A stretch of 64,000 bases of DNA from Myxococcota bacterium (GCA_965140415.1 OZ223209.1:2560001-2624000), one strand, 5' to 3'; counted from the stretch's first letter, positions 21,608 to 32,617 are shown. Numbers and translations: made by a program. The notes: generated by a model not told the origin, from the letters alone.

Positions 21608-23359
21608 ATGCAACGGATGATTACGATTGGAAAAGAGATTAAGTTGACGATGGCGGAAGTGGTATGTGTCGCCCATGGTGAGACGGTCTGTCTGGACCGT
21701 AAAACATCGAAAATTCTCGATGAACGTCGCCGCCAGATCGAAACGTTTATCAGTGCTTCTAAACGGCCTTCTTACGGTTTCAATCGAGGTTTCGGGCACA
21801 ACGTAGATAAAGCTGTGGAACCGCATCGGCTTAAAGATCTACAAGCTAACCTGATCCGCTCTCACGCTTCAGGTGTAGGCGATCCGGTTCCGGTGGAGGT
21901 CGTGAGAGCCACTATCTTTTTGCGTGCCCAGTCTTTGGCGCAAGGGCATAGCGGCGTACGCGCTTTGATAATTGAGCGATTGCTGGATTTGATCAACCTG
22001 AATATCATTCCCGTCGTGCCGAAGTATGGTTCGGTGGGAGCCAGCGGTGATCTTGCCCCATTGTCTCATATTGCGTTGAGCTTGCTGGGTGAAGGGGAAG
22101 TCTATTATGGAAGCGAACGATGGGTGACGCCTGCTGCCGAAGCTCTTGAAGCGGAAGGACTGGAACCGCTTGAATTGCAAATGAAGGAAGGTCTGGCGCT
22201 TAGCAATGGGTTGCAATTCTCTACTGCGCTTGGCATCTTATCGCTAGACAAATTGCAGACGCTCTTGCGCACGGCAGCCGTTACGACGGCGGTTTCCGCC
22301 CAGGTTATGCTAGGGAGCGATGAGGCGTTTCGGCCCGACCTGCATGCACTGCGTCCCCACCCGGGAGCGTTGCAGGTGGCGCATTGGATCTGGAACTTGA
22401 TGCAGGATTCTCCATTGCGTCGTTCGCATGAATCTTATGAAACGGATGGCGAAATTCAGGATCCCTATTCCATTCGATGTGCCGGGCAGGTGCTTGGAAG
22501 CTGCTATGACCTTTTAGACGAAGCCAAACGTACCTTCGAAATTGAAATCAATAGTGTAACCGATAATCCTCTTGTGTTGGAAGATCCGCAGACATTGGAC
22601 AGTTACACGTCCATCGTTTCCGGTGGACATTTTCACGGGATGCCGGTGGCAGTCAAACTGTATAACTTGATGCAGGCCATGGGCATCATGGCAAGGCTGT
22701 CCAATATGCGCTGTGCACGATACGTTGACGAGGGCCGTAACAAGGGGTTGGGCAGCGATCTCGTTTGTCCTTGGCTGGACCCGGAATCACAGGCAACCAG
22801 CAGTGGCATGATGATCCCAGAATATGTCACGGCGGCTTTAACCAACCATATCTGGGGTGCATGTTCTCCAAGCCATCTGTATTCCCTCTCGACAGATGCT
22901 GGACAGGAAGATCACGTCAGCATGAGTGCAGGTCTGGCCGTAAGGGTGTGGGAGACGATTCCTCGTTTGGCGGAAGTATTGGGAATTGAGTTGGCTTTCG
23001 GTGCGCAGGCAGCAGCCATCAGGCGGCAGATGGAGCATTTTCCTACAAAGAGGATTTTGTCCGAAGAAGCGCGAACGAAAGTCCAGGACGCACGCGATGA
23101 GTATGAGGCGGCGCTTCGCAGAGAGTTGGAAGATGGCGATTTCGACATCCGTTTGAGCTTACGTCTGGAACATCACTGGCCACCCGAACAACGCAGGTTA
23201 AGCGAAGTCTGTGAGAAAATTGTCGAGCGGGTAGAAGAATACTTCCCAACAGTGACGCTGGATCGTTCCATGTCCAATCAGTTACGGGCGCTGGCCGATG
23301 CCGTATTGGCTGGCGAGTTTTCAGAGATTGCACAGTCATGTTTGACGGATTTGCCGTGA
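21608..23359 (+). CDS. hutH: Histidine ammonia-lyase (MIO family)
   Basis: GSVGASGDLAPL (ASG of MIO), NLIRSH, KEGLAL, QDPYSIRC, DNP and QEDHVSM motifs. Confidence 0.88.
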   Translation: MQRMITIGKEIKLTMAEVVCVAHGETVCLDRKTSKILDERRRQIETFISASKRPSYGFNRGFGHNVDKAVEPHRLKDLQANLIRSHASGVGDPVPVEVVRATIFLRAQSLAQGHSGVRALIIERLLDLINLNIIPVVPKYGSVGASGDLAPLSHIALSLLGEGEVYYGSERWVTPAAEALEAEGLEPLELQMKEGLALSNGLQFSTALGILSLDKLQTLLRTAAVTTAVSAQVMLGSDEAFRPDLHALRPHPGALQVAHWIWNLMQDSPLRRSHESYETDGEIQDPYSIRCAGQVLGSCYDLLDEAKRTFEIEINSVTDNPLVLEDPQTLDSYTSIVSGGHFHGMPVAVKLYNLMQAMGIMARLSNMRCARYVDEGRNKGLGSDLVCPWLDPESQATSSGMMIPEYVTAALTNHIWGACSPSHLYSLSTDAGQEDHVSMSAGLAVRVWETIPRLAEVLGIELAFGAQAAAIRRQMEHFPTKRILSEEARTKVQDARDEYEAALRRELEDGDFDIRLSLRLEHHWPPEQRRLSEVCEKIVERVEEYFPTVTLDRSMSNQLRALADAVLAGEFSEIAQSCLTDLP

Positions 23360-23488
23360 TCTCGAAAGATGTTAAGAGCCAGTATTCGATATGGCGCTGC
23401 CGTTCGAATTGCGATTTGTCATTAATGTGCTACTATACTACGGTCCAAAGAGGGAAATTGTTTTTCTTGGAAAGGAGGCGGCGTTTCG

Positions 23489-23947
23489 ATGCTGTCTACC
23501 GTTGAAAAAGTGTTGTTCTTGAAGCAGATCGAACTGTTTCAGCGCATTCCTGGTGAAGAATTGGCGCGGATCGCGCGCATCACACGCGAAGTGGTGTTCG
23601 GAGAAGGTGAGCATTTGATCTTCGAGGGTGATATCGGCGACGCGCTGTATCTGATCATCGAAGGCGAGGTGCGCGTGCAGGTGCGCGGACGTGATATTGC
23701 GAGCCTGGGTAATAATCAGTGTGTTGGGGAAATGGCTATTTTAGATAGCGAACCGCGCTCTGCAACCGTATTGGCTTCCACTTCGGTGCATGCTCTGAAA
23801 ATCGAGCGTGATGATTTTCATGATATTCTGAACGAGCGCAACGAGATTGCGCTGGGGATCATTCAGGTGTTGACCTGGCGCTTTCGAAACGAATTGCAGA
23901 AAACCGCCGAGCAGAACCCGGAGGATCTAACCCACCTTAAAGCTTGA
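23489..23947 (+). CDS. Stand-alone cyclic nucleotide-binding domain protein
   Basis: EGDIGDALYLIIEGEV and VGEMAILDSEPRSATV motifs. Confidence 0.9.
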   Translation: MLSTVEKVLFLKQIELFQRIPGEELARIARITREVVFGEGEHLIFEGDIGDALYLIIEGEVRVQVRGRDIASLGNNQCVGEMAILDSEPRSATVLASTSVHALKIERDDFHDILNERNEIALGIIQVLTWRFRNELQKTAEQNPEDLTHLKA

Positions 23948-23955
23948 GTCCGTGA

Positions 23956-24684
23956 TTAGGCTTTGCTGTAATCTTTATTTTCTTCGTATCGTTTCATCAT
24001 GTCAGAGATGACACGTTTCTCATCTAACCCCAGAAAACGCGAATATTGCTGGATGAAGCCTTTGACATACACAATGGCTGGCAGCTTTTCCCAATCTTCC
24101 TGTTCGAGCATTTGCAGATTGCTTACGGATAGTTTTGTATAGTCTGATACCAGGCGCAAATCTACATTGGCTTGTTCTCGCAGTTCCTTGAGGTATTCTC
24201 CAGAAAATACGGCATCTTCAGGAATTTCCAGTTCGCGACGCATGTTAGCTAGATCGAATTCCTTTTCGATTTCCTTTTCCGAATTCTTGTTCTCTTTAGA
24301 ATTTGGTGGAGCCTCCATCTCACTTGAAGTAGTGTGTGTTTGGTCGTTTTCAACGTTGTAAGAATCGCTGATATCGTCGTTTGATGTGGAACTGATGGTG
24401 AGATGCAAATGCTTTTTTCGTTTAAGCGGTTCCGCAATCAGGGTTTTGTCGTATTCCCGTCGGTTCTCCGGGTCAATTAGAACCCGGTATACCTGCTCGA
24501 CCTGTTCGAGAAAGGAATTCAATTCCTCCTGTGAGTAAAGCCCGTATGTGGCCAGCGAGTCGCCGGAATAGATTTTTTTTATACGATCGTAGGCTCTGCG
24601 GATTTCCTCCTCATCTGCTCCCGGACTAATTTCCAGGATATCATAGTAGCTTTGAGAGAATGGTTGTCGCGTGTTCTCGCTCAT
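23956..24684 (-). CDS. DnaJ-like N-terminal domain plus RodZ-type HTH protein
   Basis: YYDILEISPGA...IRRAY (no HPD) and GEYLKELREQ...LPAIVYVKGFIQQY. Confidence 0.8.
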   Translation of the reverse strand: MSENTRQPFSQSYYDILEISPGADEEEIRRAYDRIKKIYSGDSLATYGLYSQEELNSFLEQVEQVYRVLIDPENRREYDKTLIAEPLKRKKHLHLTISSTSNDDISDSYNVENDQTHTTSSEMEAPPNSKENKNSEKEIEKEFDLANMRRELEIPEDAVFSGEYLKELREQANVDLRLVSDYTKLSVSNLQMLEQEDWEKLPAIVYVKGFIQQYSRFLGLDEKRVISDMMKRYEENKDYSKA

Positions 24685-25772
24685 GCCTGTTTTTCGTCCT
24701 GTTTATCCTTGATTTCCTGAGAAAGGAGTTTGTGCGAAATATATTCGATCTGCTCGGTAGCTTTAGAGTCTTTTGAAACGATATGCAATGGTTTTCGCTG
24801 GCGAACCGATGCGAAAACGGAGCTGTCATGATCCACTGTGCCCAGGTATTCAGGAGCCATACCGAAATAGCGTTTACAGGCGCTGATGATACCTGATCCT
24901 AACTCGGCTTCCGCGCTGGATCGAGATTGATTGAGTAACAGTCTTAGTTTCATGCGTTCAACTTCGTTGAACAGCAGATCTCCGGCTGCGGGATCGAAAA
25001 AGCGGACTGCCGAGACAAGGTCGCGTGGAGTTTTGATTCCAAGCTCACGCCGGTTCATCATGGCTTTTTCCACAACGTCTTCAATCTGAAGCTTGGTTTC
25101 GATGGTCTTGAACAAGCGGAAGAAGAGGCTGCGGAGCAATTCGTACGTGCGTTCAATGGCCGTTGGCTCCGGTACGGCAGTGATTACTGCGTAGTCGGCC
25201 CAGATGGCGTGATCGAACAGATTGAAGCAAAGGTGGCTGCCCAAGTCCATGATGACTAGATCGAAGGGGAGTCCACGGGTTTTACGAATTAAATAGGGGC
25301 ACTGGATGGCAGAATTATGGGTGGATGATTCTCGCATGCCGCTGATCAACTTCAGCTTGACAAACGGTGTTTCCACAATCAGATCTTCCAGATGTTCGGA
25401 TTCTTCCTCTAGAAAGTCTACTGTTTTTCTAGGTGGGGAGATTCCAAGCAGCGTATGCAGGTTTTGTCCCCAGCGGACGCCGTCCACCAGCAGAACGCGT
25501 TTTCCCATTTGCGCGAGGTACACTCCGATATTCGCGCATAACATGGAATTCCCTACGCCGCCTTTTCCGGAGAAAAACGCTAAAATTCTTGGCGTATTGG
25601 ATTCGTAGGAGGAATGCCGTTCAATGATCGGTTCCTGTGCATATGGACCGGCATGGTCCACTGAATCGCTGGTTTGCTCCTCAACTGCCACTGTTACCTT
25701 CCTGTTTCTGATAGATCGAACAGAATCTCTTGTATCATCCGGGAGTGTACCCGAGCGTTGGCATGAAGCCAA
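24681..25772 (-). CDS. MinD/FlhG-like P-loop protein with degenerate Walker A
   Basis: FFSGKGGVGNSM, ANIGVYLAQMGKRVLLVD and PEPTAIERTY motifs. Start uncertain. Confidence 0.85.
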   Translation of the reverse strand: MASCQRSGTLPDDTRDSVRSIRNRKVTVAVEEQTSDSVDHAGPYAQEPIIERHSSYESNTPRILAFFSGKGGVGNSMLCANIGVYLAQMGKRVLLVDGVRWGQNLHTLLGISPPRKTVDFLEEESEHLEDLIVETPFVKLKLISGMRESSTHNSAIQCPYLIRKTRGLPFDLVIMDLGSHLCFNLFDHAIWADYAVITAVPEPTAIERTYELLRSLFFRLFKTIETKLQIEDVVEKAMMNRRELGIKTPRDLVSAVRFFDPAAGDLLFNEVERMKLRLLLNQSRSSAEAELGSGIISACKRYFGMAPEYLGTVDHDSSVFASVRQRKPLHIVSKDSKATEQIEYISHKLLSQEIKDKQDEKQA

Positions 25773-25842
25773 CTCTTTTCTTGCCCGTGCTTATCCTAGT
25801 GCTAAATGCGCGTCCGACCTAGTGTGCATGGTGATTAGATGA

Positions 25843-28452
25843 TCAAGGTTTAGGATTGATCGTTTTCAAATCTAGTCCACCTGTATAGGCATAAGAGACG
25901 AACGCCGAATAGCCGTAAAGGTATACTCCTACAGGCTTGGTTGCAACCAGATGATGGGGGCCGTCTGCCAGACTCATGCGATGGCGGCGGTATTCGCCCG
26001 AAACAGCTGTAAAGGTGTTGGAGTCCAGGGTCATCACATCGTCCAGTGTGATTTGAGTGTCCAAGGGGGCAATGATCGTTGCGTTGTCATACTTGTAGTT
26101 TGGTGGCACCAAGAAAATGTATTCCTTGCGGAATTGCTCGTTGGGTGCCAATAGCATCATTGCCGGATCACCTGCTTCCGGGGTGCAGACATAGCCGCAC
26201 TCATAGCAACAGGTGTAGCCTTCTGCACAATCGGAATCGTAGTTACAATCATTGGCGAATTCCAACCCGGTGGCATCCTGGCCCGCCAGGAAATGACCGA
26301 CCATAATCGGTTTTTCCGCTGCAATCGTGAAGTCGTTGCGCGTGTTGAATTCCCATTTCTCACCGATTCCCAATGTACGTGGGCTTTGTCCGGTTGGATC
26401 GGGTGTGATTGTCACGCGCGTGTCGGCTTCGGAGGCAACGATTTTATAGTAGTCCGATTCCTGGCTGCGTGGTTCTGTACGGACAGCACAATAATTCTCA
26501 CCCCAGGTTTCTACTGGGAAGAGCTGGTGCTCCATGTGATCGCAAGCGTAGAGGTTTTCCGGGATGAACGTGCATCCATGACCGCCGTATACGGCGATCG
26601 GCTGGCTTGCCTCAATAACGCTTCCCGTCAAATCGTTATTTGCACAGAACGTGTAGGTGTCATCGTCTACATCAGGACAGTTCGTTTTGGCCGATTGCAA
26701 ACTGAGTACTTCGAATTGGTTCAGCGTGTAACTACGGGTCGCACCTGCTGTTTCGGCAGAGACGCCGCTCCCGCTTCTTGATGCGGTCGAATACTTGACC
26801 GTTACCGTTGTCGTACCTGGTTTGGTTGCTGCAATACTTAAGTAGCCGGGGGTGTCCCAGCGCTCGTCGCAATCATAACCTCCGATGCAGGTGATCAGCC
26901 AGAAGGTGCATTCGCAGATTTCAGAGCGATGTGTTGGCCAGGTTAGGCCGATGTAGTCGGATCCCATCGCTCCTTCCGGTAATAGCAACGAGGCGTCGTT
27001 ACTGTAAATAAGTACATCACCATAAGGATTCATCTGGCTGGCGATGATAGGTGCATCGCTGTGCAGGTGATAGGCTTTGGCGCTGATTCCCGCCGCGGTG
27101 ATATGATTGGCGGATCCTAAAAGAAACACCTCGACAGCACCGGGTTGAATGGTTTTGCTTTGCAATTGACCGCTTTGATTGCTGATACTGGCGTTGACGG
27201 GGAACGTTTGCGGGTTGGAAACCACCACCGCGAATTCGCCTTCGTCACCTTCTGCGCGACTTTCATTGTATAAATCCACCGGCCAATAATCGCAACCGAC
27301 ATAGCTCTTATCGAATGCGGCCATTTCACACAGGCTCATGCATTCGCCATCACGGCATTCATCGGTACCAAGGCAGGTTTCGCTTTCTTCCCACGTGGTG
27401 CCTGATTCATTGCATTGCTTAACAAGCTGAGCATCCGTTTCGTCGCAAGCCAATACTCCCGGCTCGCAGATTTGCGCCATGCACGCACCTTCGGTGCAGA
27501 CCGAATCCGATTCGGTGCAGTCCATAATCTCATCCCAATCCGTTCCAAGGGCGTTGCAGTAAAACAGAACGTCATCTTCACATTGCCAATCGCCCGCTTC
27601 ACAGATGATTTCCACACAACCGGTTCCGCGACAAATGGTGTCTTCCGGGCATTCTTCGGTGTACCAGTCGTTTCCTTCCGGCGTACACTTTTTGACAGTG
27701 TTTTCGTCCACACATTCCAGTTCGGCGTTGGGGTCGCATTCAATCGCCAAACATCCTTGATTGGCTTCACAATACGTGTGCTCGGAGCAAAGAACTTCCT
27801 CTAGTCCGGTGCCGTGACTGTTGCACTGATAGATCATGATTTCGCTGACGCATTCCCCATAGACTCCAGGTTCACAGACCTGGGTAATACATGTATCGAC
27901 GATGCAGGACTGACCCTGGGAACAATCTACCGGATCGGACCAGGCATCTCCAGTTGCATTACAAGTGATGATGCCGTTACCCAAGCACGCTTTTTCTCCC
28001 GGATTACAGGATACTTGAGGAATGTCCGGCTCCTGATCTCCATCCGGTTGTAGATCGCTGTCGGCGGGAGGAAGTTCCGTATCGCCATCAGATATTTCGA
28101 TTTCTTGATCACCATCGGGTGATGGTTGTTCTATTTCGTCATCACCGTCTGTTGTAACGGGAGATTCCGGTAAGCAGATATGATCTTGGCAGAAATATCC
28201 TGTCGTACAGTCCGTATCCTCAAAGCAGTCTGCTTCACGGCATTGTCCATCGTCGCAATAGTATGAATCCTGACAATCTAGATCGGTTGTGCAGGCTGTT
28301 ACAATGGGCGTCCAGTCGCTGTCTCCGTCGCTATAGCCGGTATCCTCGTCGGAAGATGGGGGCGTGTTTGTGGCTGAGGATGAATCACAACCATTTAATC
28401 CAATCAAAAGAAAACAAAACGACAACGAGAACAGTATTCCCAGGCGTGACAT
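25843..28452 (-). CDS. Cys-rich lipoprotein with C-terminal IgGFc-binding-like domain
   Basis: Lipobox LNGC, ~45-aa Cys repeats (CxPG...CN..GT.W), SYVGCDYW, NDASLLLP, GDPAMML and SYAYTGG motifs. Confidence 0.8.
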   Translation of the reverse strand: MSRLGILFSLSFCFLLIGLNGCDSSSATNTPPSSDEDTGYSDGDSDWTPIVTACTTDLDCQDSYYCDDGQCREADCFEDTDCTTGYFCQDHICLPESPVTTDGDDEIEQPSPDGDQEIEISDGDTELPPADSDLQPDGDQEPDIPQVSCNPGEKACLGNGIITCNATGDAWSDPVDCSQGQSCIVDTCITQVCEPGVYGECVSEIMIYQCNSHGTGLEEVLCSEHTYCEANQGCLAIECDPNAELECVDENTVKKCTPEGNDWYTEECPEDTICRGTGCVEIICEAGDWQCEDDVLFYCNALGTDWDEIMDCTESDSVCTEGACMAQICEPGVLACDETDAQLVKQCNESGTTWEESETCLGTDECRDGECMSLCEMAAFDKSYVGCDYWPVDLYNESRAEGDEGEFAVVVSNPQTFPVNASISNQSGQLQSKTIQPGAVEVFLLGSANHITAAGISAKAYHLHSDAPIIASQMNPYGDVLIYSNDASLLLPEGAMGSDYIGLTWPTHRSEICECTFWLITCIGGYDCDERWDTPGYLSIAATKPGTTTVTVKYSTASRSGSGVSAETAGATRSYTLNQFEVLSLQSAKTNCPDVDDDTYTFCANNDLTGSVIEASQPIAVYGGHGCTFIPENLYACDHMEHQLFPVETWGENYCAVRTEPRSQESDYYKIVASEADTRVTITPDPTGQSPRTLGIGEKWEFNTRNDFTIAAEKPIMVGHFLAGQDATGLEFANDCNYDSDCAEGYTCCYECGYVCTPEAGDPAMMLLAPNEQFRKEYIFLVPPNYKYDNATIIAPLDTQITLDDVMTLDSNTFTAVSGEYRRHRMSLADGPHHLVATKPVGVYLYGYSAFVSYAYTGGLDLKTINPKP

Positions 28453-28884
28453 GTTCTTACCTCATCATTCTTTGTAATTCCGGGCAAGTCTCTATAGATC
28501 ATGTTACCTTAGAGTCTGGTATGCAATCAATAAAAATTGCCGGTGATTTTGGATTTGGGAAATCAAGTGACTCGTATTTAAATAAGAGAGTAGAATCGCA
28601 AAGGTCATCGGTTTTTCTTTAGAAAGCGTTTCCACTTGATGAGAGAGCAGTATTCACTGGTGCAAGCTCTCCTTCGCTAAACGGGGATAAGTCAATTTAA
28701 TTTTATATGTGCCCCACTTGTTCCTGTTAAAATAGTGCTTGTTCCCTTTATTTGATTGAGAAATCTGATATAATGGCAGAGTACACTGATAAATGGCAGT
28801 TGCTGCCAGAATGGCCGAGTACAACAGGTTCATGGAAACCATCTGCTTTATGGCTTGTATGTGTTTATTAAGCAAGGAGTATGG

Positions 28885-29490
28885 ATGCCAAGACTTTCTC
28901 TTCGTGAACTGAAAAAAAGAAAAACGCGCGAAAAGCTAATTGAAATCGCCAATCGAAGGTTTCTTGAAAAAGGATTCGAGAAAACGACAATTGATGAAAT
29001 CGTTCTTGAAGCGGAATTGTCCCAGCGAACGTTTTTCAGGTATTTCGCAACGAAAGAGGCTGTTGTTTTCTGGGATTTTGATCGGCGAATTGATCAATTG
29101 CAGCAACTCCTCGCTGAGGAAGGAATCTATTCTTCCCCGTTTGATCGCATCAACAGAGTTTTCCGCTTGATGGCTGAGGAGTACCACGAAAATCGGGTGC
29201 AACTTTTTCAAGAATACAAGATTGTGATGTCCTCCAAATTTCTGACTGCAATGGATATCGAACAAGACTTGGCCTATGAGCGCCTGTTCGCAACGAGTTT
29301 ACAGTATTGGAAACAAGCTCCCTGTCTGTCTTCAAGCAAAGCTAATCTCATTGCTGCTGCGCTTTTTGGCGCGATTCGTTCCGTAATGGGAACCTGGTTT
29401 GAAGATGAATGCAGGCAAAACCTAGTCGAACTTAGCGAAGACCTATTTCTGCTCAGTGATGTTTTGGAAAAGGGTATTGCAAACAGATGA
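28885..29490 (+). CDS. TetR family transcriptional regulator
   Basis: LRELKKRKTR...GFEKTTIDEI...SQRTFFRYFATKE. Confidence 0.93.
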   Translation: MPRLSLRELKKRKTREKLIEIANRRFLEKGFEKTTIDEIVLEAELSQRTFFRYFATKEAVVFWDFDRRIDQLQQLLAEEGIYSSPFDRINRVFRLMAEEYHENRVQLFQEYKIVMSSKFLTAMDIEQDLAYERLFATSLQYWKQAPCLSSSKANLIAAALFGAIRSVMGTWFEDECRQNLVELSEDLFLLSDVLEKGIANR

Positions 29491-29767
29491 TGATGAGGGA
29501 TCGCACGGATTATGTGCTGTAAACATGATAGATTGTATTCTTGAATCAGGGTGATTGGGTCAAATAAAGAAACGTGGTAAGTATTCCGGGATTGTCGTTC
29601 TTTCTGAATCCAATTCATTGCAGCTTAAAAAGGTTGTGTTTTGGTGTGGGGGTGCACCTAAACAAACCTTGCTTTATCATACCGGCTATGCTAACCCAAT
29701 CAATAATATATCTTGGAAAGTCCAGTGACTTCCTGTCCAATGTCATTTCCCATACTTGGAGGAGCCA

Positions 29768-30973
29768 ATGACCCGACATCGCTTTTTGTTGATGTTTACC
29801 TTGATTCTGCTTGCCTTGGCGTTTTTCGTCGGTTGCGAGAAGAAGTCGGATGATTCTTCTGCGGTAGATAAAGCCGAAAAAGCTTCGAAACAGGAAACCG
29901 CAAATCCGGAAGGTACTGCAAAACCTGAAGAAATCAAAATCGAGGAAGACGCTGCTAAAGGCAAAGATCAATCCTACGCGGCCTCGCACATTCTGATCGC
30001 GTATAAGGGCGCCACAAGGGCTGCTGAAACGGTAGTGCGTAGCAAAGAAGAAGCTGAAAAGCTGGCGAAGGAACTGGCGGCAAAGCTTGCCAAGGATCCT
30101 GCCCAGTTCGAAACTCTGGCGAAAGAGAATTCAGATTGCCCAAGCGCTCCCAACGGAGGCGATTTGGGTTCCTGGCAGAGTGGCATGATGGTGCCGGAAT
30201 TTGAAAAAGCGGTGCAGGGGATGGAGATTGGACAGATTACGGCGGCTCCCGTTGAGACTCCGTTTGGTTTTCACGTGATTCGCCGCAATAAAACCCTCAA
30301 GCAGGAAGAAGTGGCTGCCGAGCATATTCTGATCGCTCATAAAGACAGTTCCCGAGTGCCTGAAGGTGTCACTCGCACTGTGGAAGAAGCGGAGAAACGT
30401 GCGCAGGAAATCGTCAAAAAAGCGAAAGCCAAGCCGGAAGCGTTTTTAGAGTTGGCTAAAGAAGTTTCCGACGATAATTTCAACTCGCTGCCCGCATGGA
30501 AAACCGGCACCAATCGTATGCCGCCGGAATTCGATATGGCGCTGTTGGAATTGGAAATGAACGCCGTGTCCGAGCCGATTAAAACCCAATATGGTTTCCA
30601 TATTTTCCATCGTATTCCGCTGCCCCCCAAAATGTCGGCTTCTCACATCCTCGTTCAATACAAAGGCGCGCAAAGTGCGCCGCTATCGATTACTCGCAGC
30701 AAGGAAGAAGCTTTAAAGCGTGCAGAAGAAGCATTGGCGAAAGTTAAGGCCGATCCTGCAAAATTCGGTGAAAACGTAAAAGAATACAGTGACGATCCCA
30801 GTGCCGTGATGAATCAGGGAAACCTGGGAATTTGGAACAAAGGTTCGATGGTTCCGGAATTTGAAGAAGCTCTGGGAAAACTGAAAGTAGACGAAATCGG
30901 TGGTCCGGTGGAAAGTCCTTTCGGTTATCACATCATTTTGCGTCAGGATCCGGCAAAACAAAGCGGCAAATAA
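29768..30973 (+). CDS. Parvulin-type peptidyl-prolyl isomerase lipoprotein with three PPIase domains
   Basis: Lipobox FVGC; three repeats of A(S/E)HIL...F...SD...EF...(T/S)xxGxHI. Confidence 0.92.
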   Translation: MTRHRFLLMFTLILLALAFFVGCEKKSDDSSAVDKAEKASKQETANPEGTAKPEEIKIEEDAAKGKDQSYAASHILIAYKGATRAAETVVRSKEEAEKLAKELAAKLAKDPAQFETLAKENSDCPSAPNGGDLGSWQSGMMVPEFEKAVQGMEIGQITAAPVETPFGFHVIRRNKTLKQEEVAAEHILIAHKDSSRVPEGVTRTVEEAEKRAQEIVKKAKAKPEAFLELAKEVSDDNFNSLPAWKTGTNRMPPEFDMALLELEMNAVSEPIKTQYGFHIFHRIPLPPKMSASHILVQYKGAQSAPLSITRSKEEALKRAEEALAKVKADPAKFGENVKEYSDDPSAVMNQGNLGIWNKGSMVPEFEEALGKLKVDEIGGPVESPFGYHIILRQDPAKQSGK

Positions 30974-31039
30974 CGGCTGCTCGATTTTAGCTCTTTTAAC
31001 GGCCACCAGCGATTGCAGGTGGCCGTTTCCCTTGGGGAA

Positions 31040-31390
31040 ATGATTGTGGATTCGAACTGGTTTGTTTACATTCTTCTGTGTGCTGATAACACCTTGTATA
31101 CAGGATGTACAACCGATCCGAAACGAAGGGAATCAACACATAATCGTGGAAAAGGAGCTCGCTATACGGCTGCACGGCGTCCTGTCAAATTGGTCTGGAT
31201 TCAGTGTTGTCCGAATCACTCGGAAGCACTGAAGAAAGAGGCGGCTATCAAGAAGTTATCTCGAAAAGAGAAGCTGCGAAGCATTTTACTGGCACCTTAT
31301 TGTACGATTATTGAAAGTGTGGATCGGTGGATGCCTGGAGTGCAGATTCGCCTGGTTCGAAAATCGGAGCCATTTTTAAATAAACGGTAG
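31040..31390 (+). CDS. GIY-YIG nuclease (UPF0213-like)
   Basis: FVYILLCADNTLYTGCT...HNRGKGARYT...ALKKEAAIK. Confidence 0.9.
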   Translation: MIVDSNWFVYILLCADNTLYTGCTTDPKRRESTHNRGKGARYTAARRPVKLVWIQCCPNHSEALKKEAAIKKLSRKEKLRSILLAPYCTIIESVDRWMPGVQIRLVRKSEPFLNKR

Positions 31391-31402
31391 CAGAATGGGA
31401 TT

Positions 31403-32617
31403 ATGGTAAACTTACCTTTACAAAAAGAATCGAACAGCCTGCTTCCGTTTTTCGGTCTGTATGGTTTCTTCTTTTGTGCATGGGGAATCATGTTGCCGTT
31501 CTTCACGTTGTATCTGGTGGAAGAAGGCAACTCCAGGCGATTCGTCAACTGGGTGTTCGCCTGCTTCCCTCTGATGAGCATCATCGCCCCACCTTTTTGG
31601 GGATACATGATGGACAGAGTGTTGAACCGGCGCTGGACCATGATGGCATTGTTGGCGATTTCCGGTTCGGTATACACGCTGTTCATGTACATTTCCAAAG
31701 GACCTGAACTGATTCCGATCATGCTGGTGTTTTCCTTTTTCGGTGCGTCCATGATTCCAACTATGGATGCGCTTACTTTACGCAATATTCGGGAACAGTT
31801 TGCAACGGTTCGTTCTGCTGGAACATTGACTTTTTTGATCACCAGTCTAGCCGGTGGCATTCTGCTGGATTGGATCTCGATGCGTACATTGCTATGGGTG
31901 GTCCCGATTTGTTTATGGTTGACGATCATTCCCGTATGGTTCGTAAAGGATCGTTCGGCTCTGGATCGGACAACGGGGCAGCGGGCGGTTACATTGCCGC
32001 AAGTACTGAGCAACATGCAAAGCCAAGGATTACTCGTTTTTCTGCTATTCGGTTTTTTATACTGGTTGGGGATGGTCCCATACATGAACTTGTTCAGCAT
32101 TTTTCTTCACGAGCAACTGCAACAACAGGGATTCACTGATGCTGGAGTTTGGATCGGAATTGCATGGGCGATCAGCACAATTACCGAATTTGTTTTTTTT
32201 GTCATTTCGAACCGGGTGATTCGTCGACTTAGTGTAGAGGTTCTTTTTGCCAGCCTTATTCTTGCTTCATTGCTGCGTTATGGCATCTATGCGATAGCGG
32301 CTCCAGTGTGGTTGATACTGATCGGACAGGCATTGCATTGTCTGGGATTCGCATTGTTTTATCTATTGGGTACCCGACTGATTGCCAGCAAGGCTCCCGC
32401 GCAGATGCGAAACAGCTATCAGACGCTTTGGGCGAGTAGTGTGATTGGAGGTGCGGGATTCTTCGGAGGTGTTATAGCCGGATTTCTAGCAGGCATCATG
32501 TCCGTTGAACGGATTTACTGGTTTTCTTTTTTCTCGGTCCTTGTAAGCGTCCTTCCATTGATTGTCTACCTGAAGAGTCACCCAATAGACAAAGAACGAC
32601 TGATTATTGGGGAGTAG
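31403..32617 (+). CDS. MFS transporter
   Basis: About 12 hydrophobic segments; PPFWGYMMDR and FATVRSAGT motifs. Confidence 0.88.
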   Translation: MVNLPLQKESNSLLPFFGLYGFFFCAWGIMLPFFTLYLVEEGNSRRFVNWVFACFPLMSIIAPPFWGYMMDRVLNRRWTMMALLAISGSVYTLFMYISKGPELIPIMLVFSFFGASMIPTMDALTLRNIREQFATVRSAGTLTFLITSLAGGILLDWISMRTLLWVVPICLWLTIIPVWFVKDRSALDRTTGQRAVTLPQVLSNMQSQGLLVFLLFGFLYWLGMVPYMNLFSIFLHEQLQQQGFTDAGVWIGIAWAISTITEFVFFVISNRVIRRLSVEVLFASLILASLLRYGIYAIAAPVWLILIGQALHCLGFALFYLLGTRLIASKAPAQMRNSYQTLWASSVIGGAGFFGGVIAGFLAGIMSVERIYWFSFFSVLVSVLPLIVYLKSHPIDKERLIIGE

